Positions 1-9,846 of a stretch of DNA of 23,650 bases are shown in pieces. Position 1 is the first letter of the stretch, and the number at the start of each line of letters is the position of its first letter. The stretch is from Candidatus Heimdallarchaeota archaeon (GTDB lineage: Archaea; Asgardarchaeota; Heimdallarchaeia; Hodarchaeales; Hodarchaeaceae). Location: positions 1 through 23,650 of the forward strand of contig JBHLSH010000061.1 in the NCBI GenBank assembly GCA_048881705.1, given 5' to 3'. The position numbers were made by a program, and so were the translations under genes. A model generated the notes under the pieces. It saw nothing but the letters and a program-made list of their open reading frames with translations, had not been told where the DNA came from and did not search any database.

Positions 1-2
1 TA

Positions 3-1721
3 TCTAGCTTAATTGATGAACCTAAGGAAGATATGACAAGCCACCAGGCATCGCTTGCCTATCTCAGAGGCCATGAAGAATACCTGAAGGGGAAGGTGGC
101 ATCTGGTATAAATTCTCTAGAAGAGAGCCTTAATCTCCGATCAGGTCTCTTAAGTCAGTATAATATCGTTGAGAGCTTGACTGGTCTTGGTTTCGCGCAT
201 ATGTATTCGACTGGAAAAACAGATCTGGCGTTAGATTATTTCACTAAAAGCCTAGCGGCCAGTGAAAAGCTTGGGAATTCGACCGCGATTGCCCATTCCC
301 TGAACAGGTTGGGCGTCTACTACTGGGAGACAAACAATTTTGACAAGGCTCTTGCATATTTTGAGAAAAGTCTCGCCCTCTATCAAGAATTAAAGAACCC
401 CTTATGGATCGGGGGCCTCAGTAATAATATTTCGTTGGTATATCGGAGGAAAGAGAATTATGATTTAGCTCTGAACTACCTTGAAAAAGCCCTGGCCGCG
501 GATGAAAAGCTTGGCAACCTAGGAGGAGTAGGTACTGTTCTTGGAAACATAGGGGGGCTATATGCACTTAAGGGAGAACCGTCTGTTGCGATTTCCTATC
601 TAGAACGGAGCTTAGAAGTTAGGGAGAAAATCGGAGAGAAACTCGCGATCGCTTATGGCCTACAATCCTTGGGACACGCACATATCTATTGGACTGGGGA
701 CCTCGGCGCAGCTCACGAATATATAAACCGGAGTTTGGCTTTAAGCAGAGAATCTGGGGGGGAACTTGCGGAAGCTTGGGGATTAAATTATCTGGCCACC
801 ATTTATTCTTTACAAGGCGAGCTGGAACTGGCATTAGAAAAGGCCCAAGCAAGTTTGATGATATTTTCAAGAATTGGATACAAATCAGGATTAGTCGATT
901 GCCAGTGCATTTTAGGGATTATTTATCGGGATATGGGAGAATATGACCTTGCCAAAGAGAATTTAGCCAAAAGTATGGATCTGATTAAAAAAATCACCGT
1001 AGGAGGAAGTACCGCGCTTTGGACCTCTTTTCTTTTGATCCATCTGATACTAGTCTCTCAAAGCCTGAACGATATAGACTTGGGTCAAAAATACCTGAAC
1101 ATGATGAAAGAAATTCAACAAGAAAGTAAAAACAAATATGTCAGTCTCAGAGCTCGGCTTGCAGAGGGGATAGTGCTAAAGATGAGCGATCGAGCAGCCC
1201 AGAAATTTCAAGCTCAGAAAGTGTTCGATGAAATCGTCAATGAAGAGGTTCTTGATATTAATCTCACCGTTCTAGCGATGCTCAATCTCTGTGAACTCCT
1301 AATTCTCGAAATGGAATTTTCCAAAAAGGCGGAAGACATTCTTGACGAGGTAACATCGTTATCCGAAAGATTCCGTGAAATCGCGGAGAAACAACAATCA
1401 TCTGCACTTATTGTGATGGCCCAACTCCTTCAGGCCAAGCTAGCCTTAGTTCAAGGTGCTGATTTTGCAGAAGTCAGCCATCTCTTGAGCTCTGCGAAGG
1501 TATTAGCTAGTGAAAAAAAATTAGGTACCCTACTTAACCAAGTTAATGCAGAAAAGGAGGCCGTCCAGGCGCGGCAGGACACGTGGAATGACTTAATCCT
1601 TCGTAAAGCTACCGTCCATGAGCGAATTTACCAAGCTCGTGTTGTTGACTGGCTAAATGAAGCGAAAAAGATCCAGGGTACATGGGTACGTCCTTCTACG
1701 GCGGATCGGATGGATCAATAG
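3..1721 (+). CDS. TPR-repeat protein with conserved helical C-terminal domain (5'-truncated by window edge)
   Basis: The frame of ORF 33..1721 has no stop back to base 3 (SSLIDEPKEDM...). Its start aligns inside the downstream paralog (QASLAYLRGHEEYL vs QASLAHLEGYQEFL), so the true start lies left of the window. Repeated TPR signatures are present (ALDYFTKSLA, ALAYFEKSLA, ALNYLEKALA, AISYLERSLE). Confidence 0.85.
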   Translation, partial: SSLIDEPKEDMTSHQASLAYLRGHEEYLKGKVASGINSLEESLNLRSGLLSQYNIVESLTGLGFAHMYSTGKTDLALDYFTKSLAASEKLGNSTAIAHSLNRLGVYYWETNNFDKALAYFEKSLALYQELKNPLWIGGLSNNISLVYRRKENYDLALNYLEKALAADEKLGNLGGVGTVLGNIGGLYALKGEPSVAISYLERSLEVREKIGEKLAIAYGLQSLGHAHIYWTGDLGAAHEYINRSLALSRESGGELAEAWGLNYLATIYSLQGELELALEKAQASLMIFSRIGYKSGLVDCQCILGIIYRDMGEYDLAKENLAKSMDLIKKITVGGSTALWTSFLLIHLILVSQSLNDIDLGQKYLNMMKEIQQESKNKYVSLRARLAEGIVLKMSDRAAQKFQAQKVFDEIVNEEVLDINLTVLAMLNLCELLILEMEFSKKAEDILDEVTSLSERFREIAEKQQSSALIVMAQLLQAKLALVQGADFAEVSHLLSSAKVLASEKKLGTLLNQVNAEKEAVQARQDTWNDLILRKATVHERIYQARVVDWLNEAKKIQGTWVRPSTADRMDQ

Positions 1722-1748
1722 AATCCAATTGTCGTTCTAGATCTAATT

Positions 1749-3849
1749 TTGGTTAAAGATATTCCTATTAAATTTTGGGATTTTGGGATAACCAAGATTA
1801 AAAATCCACAGAAATCCCATCAACTTATGCGAATAGCGGAGATAAAAGACCTGATGGAACGGGGAGAATATAACCGAGTCCTTACCGTTATAGAGAGCTT
1901 AAAGCCAGAAGATGAATTGAAAGGAATTATACTCCACGGGAGGATTCTAGAACGCAAGGGGGAACTGATCAAAGCAACAAGAATTGCAGAGGAGGCGTAC
2001 CGACAATGCAAAAAACGCGGAACAGAGTATCAAAAACTGAGGGCCCTCCTAAATTTGGGGTACGCACATCCGGCACAAAGAAATCAAGCAGAATTAGTTA
2101 AGGTATTGCGTGAAGCAAAAGAAACATTCAGGAAGGTTGAATTTGATTCACAAGATGATCTGAAGGAATGTCAGGCCTCCCTAGCTCATCTAGAAGGATA
2201 TCAAGAATTCTTGAATGGCAGTGTGGAATCATCAATCAATAGACTAAAAACGAGCTTGCAAATTAGAGAGAAGTTGTATAGTCAATGGGATATAGTGGAA
2301 ACGTTAACCGCTTTAGGTTTTGTTCATATTGAAGCAACGGGAAATAAAAAATCCGCGATTGAACATTTATCGCGTGGTCTATCGATTAGTGAAAAACTTG
2401 GGAATTCCACAGCAATTGCTCATTCTCTAAACCGATTAGGAGTTTACTATACTGAGACAAATGACTATGATAGGGCTTTCTCATTTTTGAAAAGAAGTTT
2501 GGAACTATATCAAGGATTAGAAAATCCTCATTGGGTAGCAGGTTTATCAAGTAACATAGCGTGGATTTATCGTAGCCAAGAGAAATATGACCTGGCACTG
2601 GAATATTTCGTAAAGGCTTTGAATTACAATGAAAAACTGGGAGCAAAGAGAGGAATAGCCATTAATCTCTCTAATATTGCGTGGCTATTTACTTTCAAGG
2701 GAGACCCAAAAAAAGCTATAAGCTATCATCAAAAGTGTTTAGATATTCGAAAAGAGATAGGAGAAAAGGCTTTCCATTGCTGATAGTTTATTGGGAATCG
2801 CAATTACCAATATATACTGGACGGGGGATCTAGGGAAGGCGATTCAAGACCTGAACATGAGCGTGTCTATCTGTGGCAAAATTGGTAGTGCTCCTCGCAA
2901 GGCAGGGTCATTACTTTTGGGTTCATATGCTTACACTCTGCAAGGAGATCTAGATACCGCCCTAAGCATGACCAATAAGGCTATGACTATTTTCTCTGAG
3001 ATTAACCATGAACGGGGGATTTCAAATTCCTATGCATTTCTAGGGATTATTCATCGATATCAAGGCAAGTTAGAATTGGCAAGAATAAATCTGGAAAAGA
3101 GCTTTGATTTATTTAAACAAATGAGCCGAGGAGGAAGTAATAACTTCCAGGGATTCTATCTCTGGTCTTCCTTCCTCCTGGTGCATCTCGTTCTGGTTGC
3201 TCAAAGCCTAGATGATTTTAGCCTGGCTGAAAAATATCTGAAACAATTGGAAGATTCTCAGGTGAAAAGCCGCAGCAGGTTTGTCAATGTCAGAGCTCGG
3301 TTTGCGAAAGCCATCGTTTTAATCATGAGTAAGCGTGCAGTACAAAAATTTCAAGCCCAGCAAATATTCGCAGAAATTATTGACGAAGAAGTACTAGATA
3401 TTAATTTGACTGTTGTGGCAATTTTAAATTTATGTGAACTGCTGATTCTGGAAATTAAACTCGTAGAAGACCCGGAAGAACTCCTCCGAGAAATAACAGT
3501 GCTTTCTCAGCGATTTACTGAAATTGCTGAGAAACAACAATCAGCGCCACTCGAAGTAACAGCTCTTATTCTAAAAGCGAAATTATCCCTGATAGAAGGT
3601 GGATTCGAAGAAACAGATACTCTTTTGAGCAAAGCGAAGACAATCGCGGCTGAAAGGAAACTAGGAAGCCTTCTATCAAAAGTTACCGCAGAACATAAGG
3701 CAGTTCAGGCTGAGATAAATAGATGGCATGATCTGATTTTTCGCGAAACATCTTTGCATGAACGAATAATAAAAGCGCGTGTAACTGACTGGCTGAATGA
3801 AGCGAAAAAAATTCAGGGTGCCTGGGTTCCTCCCTCCGCGGATTTGTAA
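1749..3849 (+). pseudogene. TPR-repeat protein, paralog of 3..1721, split by a single-base insertion (ORF pieces 1749..2783 and 2791..3849)
   Basis: Removing one G at 2768-2769 (GGA GAA AAG [G] CTT TCC ATT GCT GAT) gives GEKLSIADSLLGIAITNIYWTGDL, gap-free against GEKLAIAYGLQSLGHAHIYWTGDL of the upstream paralog. The start may be TTG 1749 or ATG 1827. This could be a real frameshift or a sequencing error. Confidence 0.8.
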
Positions 3850-3870
3850 ATCACTAGATGAGAACGCGGC

Positions 3871-5832
3871 TCATTCGCCAAAAATTGTTTCTACTAATCC
3901 CCGTATCTCCTGATCATCGGAAAAGTCCATTTGGAAGCGAGCTTCTCCAATCGTGTAGTCTGGAAATGTTTCAGTGAGTTGGAGAAGCTTGATTCGTTGA
4001 CCGACGGTAGCTTCGTCTCCATCTATAACTAGGGAAAAAATCAGCGGATCCCGATGACCAATCAAAACCAGAGTGTCCTTGTATCGAATTTCATGGAGCT
4101 CTTTCAGTTCAAGAGATCGCGACATTGTATTAATGGCGGAAATTAATCCGGAAATCAACAATCTGTCAATTTTGATTGCCAAATCAAAGTAGTAGACAAA
4201 AACGGGAAGTGAAGACTCTGACTCTAGTATAAGAAGATAAAGGAGATCACTTTCTTTCTCATCAATTTGCCAGCGACTTCGATGAGCAATATGGAGTATT
4301 TGATTTAGGTAGTCAATTGCACCTAAAGTATCCAGTTGAGAATTAGGAAGAAGGTTCAGATCAATGCTAGTAATTAACCATTCATGCTCCGTAGAGAAGA
4401 ATTCGATATCCTGACTGTTTTGGGTCTCTTTCATCAGCCTATTTGCTTGACGGGCATCTCCAGCCATCGCACTGGTGACGGCTTGCAAAACCTTAGAAAT
4501 ATAAGACCACCCTGTCAATGATTGGCCCTCAACGAGTACCCGTAATTCATCCGCCACTGTAGAAGCTTCCTGAATGATATGTTCGGCCTTACGCCAGAAA
4601 TAGATTTCGAGCCGTAAGATTATTATTTCTGCTAAGCATTCCAGATACTGATAAATGTCTGTCTTTTTATAGAGCTCGGAAGCAGTTGAAAATAAGTCTA
4701 GCGCCAAAGCGAAGTTACAAGCGTGCTTTTCAATGGTGGCAGAAACACGAAAGAACTCGGGCTCGTGACCGCCCTCAAACTTGATCCAATCAGCTGCCAT
4801 TCCTTTTGTTAGGATGTCGCGCGCGGTATCGATGTCTCCCTTTACGGCCATAAACTCTGTAAAGAGATAAACTCCTTCTCGTGATGGGATTTTATTTCTT
4901 TCAAACAGTTTATATGCAGATTCAGCGTGGCCAACCGCTTCATCTAGATTGCCAATGTCATAGGAGAGGTTTGCCAAGCTATTTTCCAAATGATAAAGCT
5001 GGAGAGGTTCCACGTCCCCTTCGAGCTCTTTTTGCTTTCTCAAGACCTGTATGAGAATAGCATAGGATTCTTGGTATTTTCGTTCTTTATAATAAGATTC
5101 CCCGAGCTGCTCACTAGTTTGAAATAAAAAATTGAAGTTGGAAAAAACCTCAAATTTCTCAAGTGATCGAATCAGATAATCTTGACCTTTGGAGAGGTCT
5201 CCCCATTGATTATGCCAGGAACCGATAGCTAGCTCAAGTAAGCCCGTAAAAAATCTATTATTACTGAAAATGGGATTGGATAGTTGCTTTTTGGCCTCAT
5301 CTTTCAAGATGGTTGCATCTTTACGATTTTGATTTTGCTCATAAGCGGAAAGGAGTAAGAATATGAACAAAGATGAGAACAACGGATCTTCGTCAATCAT
5401 TTCCTGAGAAAGATTTGATAAAAGACCGATTACGCGCGAATATCTGCCTTCTTGCCATTCAAGCCAAGAATATGCCACCAAGAGTTCCTTTGTTGATATC
5501 ATGGTTCTATCGGACTGCGCAGTTGGTAATTCTTGGCCAACCGTTGCTGAGAGAAGGTAGCCTAATTTTAGATTGTTTTCAAACACCCAGAGGGAAATTT
5601 CATTCAAAATCGATTGTATCAGACGTCTATTTCCAGTTAAAAACGCGGACTCCGCTAGAAAACTAGAAACAGCGTCGTTAGGCTCTAAATCGGATTGGAA
5701 AGCATAGAACTTAGATATTAATTGCCCGAACGGATGTGACTCGCACCTATCATCTAGCCAGTCTTTCAGGGGTGTAGGAAGGATTAGATATTGCTCTGTA
5801 AGTTCTGGGTATAGATCTGGAAATCGTTTCAT
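3871..5832 (-). CDS. TPR-repeat protein with C-terminal longin-like domain
   Basis: 653-aa ORF with central TPR-like helices (GQDYLIRSLEKF, AVGHAESAYKLF, ALDLFSTASELY). The last ~120 aa follow the longin pattern b-b-a-b-b-b-a-a with the helix DRLLISGLISAINTMS. Confidence 0.7.
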   Translation of the reverse strand: MKRFPDLYPELTEQYLILPTPLKDWLDDRCESHPFGQLISKFYAFQSDLEPNDAVSSFLAESAFLTGNRRLIQSILNEISLWVFENNLKLGYLLSATVGQELPTAQSDRTMISTKELLVAYSWLEWQEGRYSRVIGLLSNLSQEMIDEDPLFSSLFIFLLLSAYEQNQNRKDATILKDEAKKQLSNPIFSNNRFFTGLLELAIGSWHNQWGDLSKGQDYLIRSLEKFEVFSNFNFLFQTSEQLGESYYKERKYQESYAILIQVLRKQKELEGDVEPLQLYHLENSLANLSYDIGNLDEAVGHAESAYKLFERNKIPSREGVYLFTEFMAVKGDIDTARDILTKGMAADWIKFEGGHEPEFFRVSATIEKHACNFALALDLFSTASELYKKTDIYQYLECLAEIIILRLEIYFWRKAEHIIQEASTVADELRVLVEGQSLTGWSYISKVLQAVTSAMAGDARQANRLMKETQNSQDIEFFSTEHEWLITSIDLNLLPNSQLDTLGAIDYLNQILHIAHRSRWQIDEKESDLLYLLILESESSLPVFVYYFDLAIKIDRLLISGLISAINTMSRSLELKELHEIRYKDTLVLIGHRDPLIFSLVIDGDEATVGQRIKLLQLTETFPDYTIGEARFQMDFSDDQEIRGLVETIFGE

Positions 5833-5902
5833 CTCAATATCCCGAAGAACTGAGTTCAGCTTGAGTTATCTATTTTGCATTAACATTGGAGCACCACTAA
5901 CT

Positions 5903-6322
5903 CTAGAGTCGCATAACCATTACGATGGCATTACCATCCACAACTACTATACCGTCCTGGTTCGTGCATGTGGTTTTCAAGGTGATTCGTGCATTTTGAT
6001 CATCCTTATTTAGGACTTCAACCCTGGTAGTGATCGTATCTCCAATTCGGACTGGTTTTAGGAAGTTAACTTCTTGTTTTAGGTATACACTACCCGCCCC
6101 AGGTAATTTCATGGCTAAAACAGTAGAGATGAAAGAAGCTGAAAGCATGCCGTGTGCTATTCTACCTTTGAAAAAGGTTGTTCTGGCAAAGCTTTCATCC
6201 AAATGGAGAGGATTGTGATCCCCGCTTACGTCTGCAAACCGTTGGATATCAGCTTCTGTGATTGTTCTTGTATAATCAGCGCTCTGGCCTATCTGAATCT
6301 CGTCGTACGTCAGTTTTTTCAT
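5903..6322 (-). CDS. MaoC-family (R)-specific enoyl-CoA hydratase (PhaJ-like hotdog fold)
   Basis: Contains the hydratase-2 motif SGDHNPLHLD...IAHGML and FLKPVRIGD in 139 aa. Confidence 0.9.
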   Translation of the reverse strand: MKKLTYDEIQIGQSADYTRTITEADIQRFADVSGDHNPLHLDESFARTTFFKGRIAHGMLSASFISTVLAMKLPGAGSVYLKQEVNFLKPVRIGDTITTRVEVLNKDDQNARITLKTTCTNQDGIVVVDGNAIVMVMRL

Positions 6323-6337
6323 AAAACCAGCTCATGT

Positions 6338-6826
6338 TTAAATGTCGGTAGATTGCTTGGGGGGCCAATCACCGATGCATTGACGAATTGTGACCATCTG
6401 ACCAAGATGATATGACATATGTTGCAAGAGGGCAGCAAAGAGCTGTATGGTAGATAATTCAGGTTTTCCGATAGGGATTTGAGCAAAATCTACCGTGTTT
6501 AATAGTTCCAGAGTTTCATCAAACCTGGTACGAAACCTGGTTAGCAAGGTTTCGAATTCAAAATTGTTTTCCATATCCTCTTGTTTAGGCCAGTTTATGG
6601 TTTCTTCAACCTCACCCCAATTGGGACTTTCACCTTTGATATGCTTAAGGAAAGTATCGTGCCATACAATTGTATGGTGAAGTAATTCCCAACAGGAATG
6701 TGGGACGTTTTGGGGTTTTTTTCGGGCGTTATCTGGGGTTAAACCGACTATTACCTTTTGAGGGTCTAAATGAGTATATCTGCCACGAAGTCCCCCTGAA
6801 ATCGCTCTTATTAACGTATTTTGCAT
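6338..6826 (-). CDS. DinB/YfiT-family four-helix metal-binding protein
   Basis: Motifs WELLHHTIVW and LQHMSYHLGQM match the DinB His-triad pattern. It lies 15 nt upstream of the MaoC gene on the same strand. Confidence 0.8.
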   Translation of the reverse strand: MQNTLIRAISGGLRGRYTHLDPQKVIVGLTPDNARKKPQNVPHSCWELLHHTIVWHDTFLKHIKGESPNWGEVEETINWPKQEDMENNFEFETLLTRFRTRFDETLELLNTVDFAQIPIGKPELSTIQLFAALLQHMSYHLGQMVTIRQCIGDWPPKQSTDI

Positions 6827-6953
6827 GGTCTCATTACACTTCTTGGACTTCTAATAATTTTTTGGAAGGAATTAACAAAATATGAATTTTAATCCCCTGA
6901 ACGTCTATCCGTGAAATTTCGCAGTAAGAGAAACGGTTTCTGCGATCTGGGCC

Positions 6954-7000
6954 TTTATATACTACAACCTAATTGCGTCCACCATCCTTTTGATGGTGAT
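6954..7000 (+). promoter_or_regulatory. Archaeal TATA box and Shine-Dalgarno site for the P-type ATPase
   Basis: TTTATATA at 6954-6961; GGTGAT at 6995-7000, 7 nt before ATG 7008. Confidence 0.55.
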
Positions 7001-7007
7001 AAATAAC

Positions 7008-9812
7008 ATGGCCGTGGAGTTCCATACCTTAGACCGAGACCAAATTGCGAAAAACCTTGATACAGATCCAGTTAATGGATTGTCTACCGAGGAGGCCAAA
7101 AAACGGTTCGAACGTGATGGTCCGAACGAATTAGTAGCCACAGAGAAAGTTTCTCCTCTGAAAATGTTCCTTTTACAGTTCAAAGATTTTATCGTATTCC
7201 TATTGGTTGGTGCGACCGTAGTCTCGATTATTTTTGGAGAATACATCGAAGCTTTGATTATTTTAATCATCGTGATCCTTAATGGCGTTTTGGGCTTCGT
7301 TCAAGAGTATCGCGCCGAGGAAGCCCTCGAAAAATTGAAACAACTAACGGGTGACGATACAGTAGTAGTACGAGATGGCCGAGAAATCCGTGTCGATACT
7401 CGAGATTTGGTTCAGGGTGATTTATTGCTACTTTGGGAAGGAGAAACAATCGCCGCAGACGCCCGAATTATTGAAGCGAGCCGACTTCGCATAGAAGAAG
7501 GCATATTGACAGGGGAGTCGGTACCAGTTGATAAAACTGTTGATGTGATCTCTGATCCAAAAATCCCTTTGGCAGACAGAATTAATTCGGTTTTTATGGG
7601 AACCACAACGGTGAAGGGACGTGGAAAAGCTATCGTTACTCGTACGGCGATGGCAACGGAAATGGGGAAAATTGCAAAATCAACCGTCGAAACAGAGGAA
7701 CAACCAACCCCCCTGCAGATTCAACTAGATCGATTGGGGAAAATCCTTGGGGTCATTGTACTCCTTGTAGTGGGGATTGTTTTAGTGTTTCAACTCTCAT
7801 ATATTGAGGGAGATCTCATTGAAGGATTGGAAGGAGCCATTGAAACGGCAATAGCTCTGGCCGTATCTGCTGTTCCTGAAGGACTCGCAGCGGCGATAAC
7901 CTTGACCCTAGCTATTGGAGTGCAAAAGATGGCTAAGAAAAAGGCCATTATTCGGAAATTGCCCGCGGTCGAGACTTTGGGGAGCGTCGAAGTAATCTGT
8001 ACAGATAAAACAGGCACTTTAACCCAAAATAAAATGACCGTACAGCGGTTCTGGACCCCGTCTGACGGGATGATTGAGGTCACAGGAACGGGATACACTC
8101 CAAAAGGGGCCTTCATTCAAGTTGCGCGGGAGAATAGGATAGATATAGCCAAATATAAAGGATTATATCAAGCTGTGAAGGCTGGGGCTTTATGTAATAC
8201 GGCTTCAGTCAATTATTCGTATAAATCCAATTCCTGGGAATGCGAAGGTGACCCCACGGAAGGGGCTTTGATTGTGGCAGCGATGAAGAGTGGCTTGCTG
8301 GACCGTTGGGAAGAGGGATATGAGTTAAAAAAGGATGGGGAGATTTTCTTTGATAGCGATCGAAAACGAATGTCAATGGTATTCAAACGGCACAGACCAG
8401 GGTTGGAAGAAACGTGGGGTTTTATGAAGGGCTCACCCAAAATTATCTTGGATCAGTGTTCACATGTCCTCCATGAAGACAAGGCCATTTCATTAACAGA
8501 CGAAATTCGTGAAGAAATTCTGAGTAACAACTCTGCTTTGGGCAGTAGGGCTTTTCGTGTGCTCGGATTGGCGCAAAAACAATTACCTAATGATCTGAAG
8601 GTATTCAATGAGGCAACTGTTGAAACAGGAATGGTTTTCGTTGGATTGGTAGGTATGATCGATCCACCTCGCGAGGAAGTCGAGACAGCAATCGCTAAAT
8701 GCAAGAATGCAGGGATACGCGTAATCATGATTACGGGGGATCAACTAGATACTGCCCTTGCTATTGCTCAATCGTTAGATCTCAAACCATACGAGGATAC
8801 ATTTTATCTCGCTCATACTTCTGCGGAACTAGAGGCCATGAATGATGAGGAATTTAAGGCTGCAGTCTCGGATCTTGACGTCTGCGCTCGTGCATCCCCT
8901 GGGATTAAGAGACGTATAGTTGAAACTCTCCAAGACGATTTTGGTCATGTCGTAGCTATGACGGGAGATGGTGTTAATGATGCTCCAGCTTTAAAGAAGG
9001 CAGATATTGGTGTTGCCATGGGTATAACAGGAACCGATGTGGCACGGGAAGCCAGTGATATGATACTGGCCGATGATAATTTTGCTAGCATAGTTGCGGC
9101 AGTGGAAGAAGGAAGAACTATATATGACAATATGAAAAAATTCATAAGATATCTTCTCAGTAGTAACTTTGATGAAATTTTGGTAGTCTTCACGGCGACA
9201 GTTATCTTAGGGTTGCATTCTCCATATCTTGCATTAGGCATTCTTTGGATCAATCTCCTAACAGACGGATTACCCGCCTTGGCATTGAGTGTTGATCCCG
9301 GAGACCCAGATATTATGAAGAGGAAACCTCGTGGAAGAGAAAGCGGAATGATGGGAGAGATTTTGGGTTTTAGTTTGATCGCAGGGATTATTTCGTTTGG
9401 CGCAACCATGATTTTGTTCTTGTCCTTTTCCCCTGCCATACTGCTTGTTTCGAGCTCCCCCGGCCCAGAATTAACCGTTGCAAGGACACTAGCATTGACT
9501 GTTTCCGTGATTTTTGAATTGGGTCAGGTATTTGTTTCAAGGGCTCCTGACGATAAGAGTGTATTTACGACTAATCCTATCAGTAACATTTATCTACTCT
9601 TAGCGGTGGGTACCGCCTTCATTCTCCATCTCTTCATTATGTATGTTGGCCCTCTTGCGTCAATCTTTCAATTGGCCCCGTTGTCAATCAACCAATGGAG
9701 TATGATCTTCGGGATCGTAATCATCGGTATTATCTTATTAGATGTGGCTAAAGTGGGACTTCACAGGATTTTAGAGAGAACATCTCCCGATGGGGTAGCT
9801 AAATCCGCATAG
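7008..9812 (+). CDS. P2A-type cation-transporting ATPase (SERCA-like Ca2+ ATPase)
   Basis: Motifs TGES, VPEGL, DKTGTLT (phosphorylated Asp), KGSP, DPPR, MITGD and TGDGVNDAPALKKADIG are all present. The start was moved from TTG 6990 to ATG 7008 because of the GGTGAT site. Confidence 0.95.
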   Translation: MAVEFHTLDRDQIAKNLDTDPVNGLSTEEAKKRFERDGPNELVATEKVSPLKMFLLQFKDFIVFLLVGATVVSIIFGEYIEALIILIIVILNGVLGFVQEYRAEEALEKLKQLTGDDTVVVRDGREIRVDTRDLVQGDLLLLWEGETIAADARIIEASRLRIEEGILTGESVPVDKTVDVISDPKIPLADRINSVFMGTTTVKGRGKAIVTRTAMATEMGKIAKSTVETEEQPTPLQIQLDRLGKILGVIVLLVVGIVLVFQLSYIEGDLIEGLEGAIETAIALAVSAVPEGLAAAITLTLAIGVQKMAKKKAIIRKLPAVETLGSVEVICTDKTGTLTQNKMTVQRFWTPSDGMIEVTGTGYTPKGAFIQVARENRIDIAKYKGLYQAVKAGALCNTASVNYSYKSNSWECEGDPTEGALIVAAMKSGLLDRWEEGYELKKDGEIFFDSDRKRMSMVFKRHRPGLEETWGFMKGSPKIILDQCSHVLHEDKAISLTDEIREEILSNNSALGSRAFRVLGLAQKQLPNDLKVFNEATVETGMVFVGLVGMIDPPREEVETAIAKCKNAGIRVIMITGDQLDTALAIAQSLDLKPYEDTFYLAHTSAELEAMNDEEFKAAVSDLDVCARASPGIKRRIVETLQDDFGHVVAMTGDGVNDAPALKKADIGVAMGITGTDVAREASDMILADDNFASIVAAVEEGRTIYDNMKKFIRYLLSSNFDEILVVFTATVILGLHSPYLALGILWINLLTDGLPALALSVDPGDPDIMKRKPRGRESGMMGEILGFSLIAGIISFGATMILFLSFSPAILLVSSSPGPELTVARTLALTVSVIFELGQVFVSRAPDDKSVFTTNPISNIYLLLAVGTAFILHLFIMYVGPLASIFQLAPLSINQWSMIFGIVIIGIILLDVAKVGLHRILERTSPDGVAKSA

Positions 9813-9846
9813 GACTCACAAATGAGGATTTAAGTTTGATCGCGAT

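Noticed and set aside
1513-1520. A8 runs at 1513-1520 and 15261-15268 as slippage sites
   Set aside because: They are shorter, encode ordinary Lys-Lys and are not at an evident boundary that would yield a meaningful short product.
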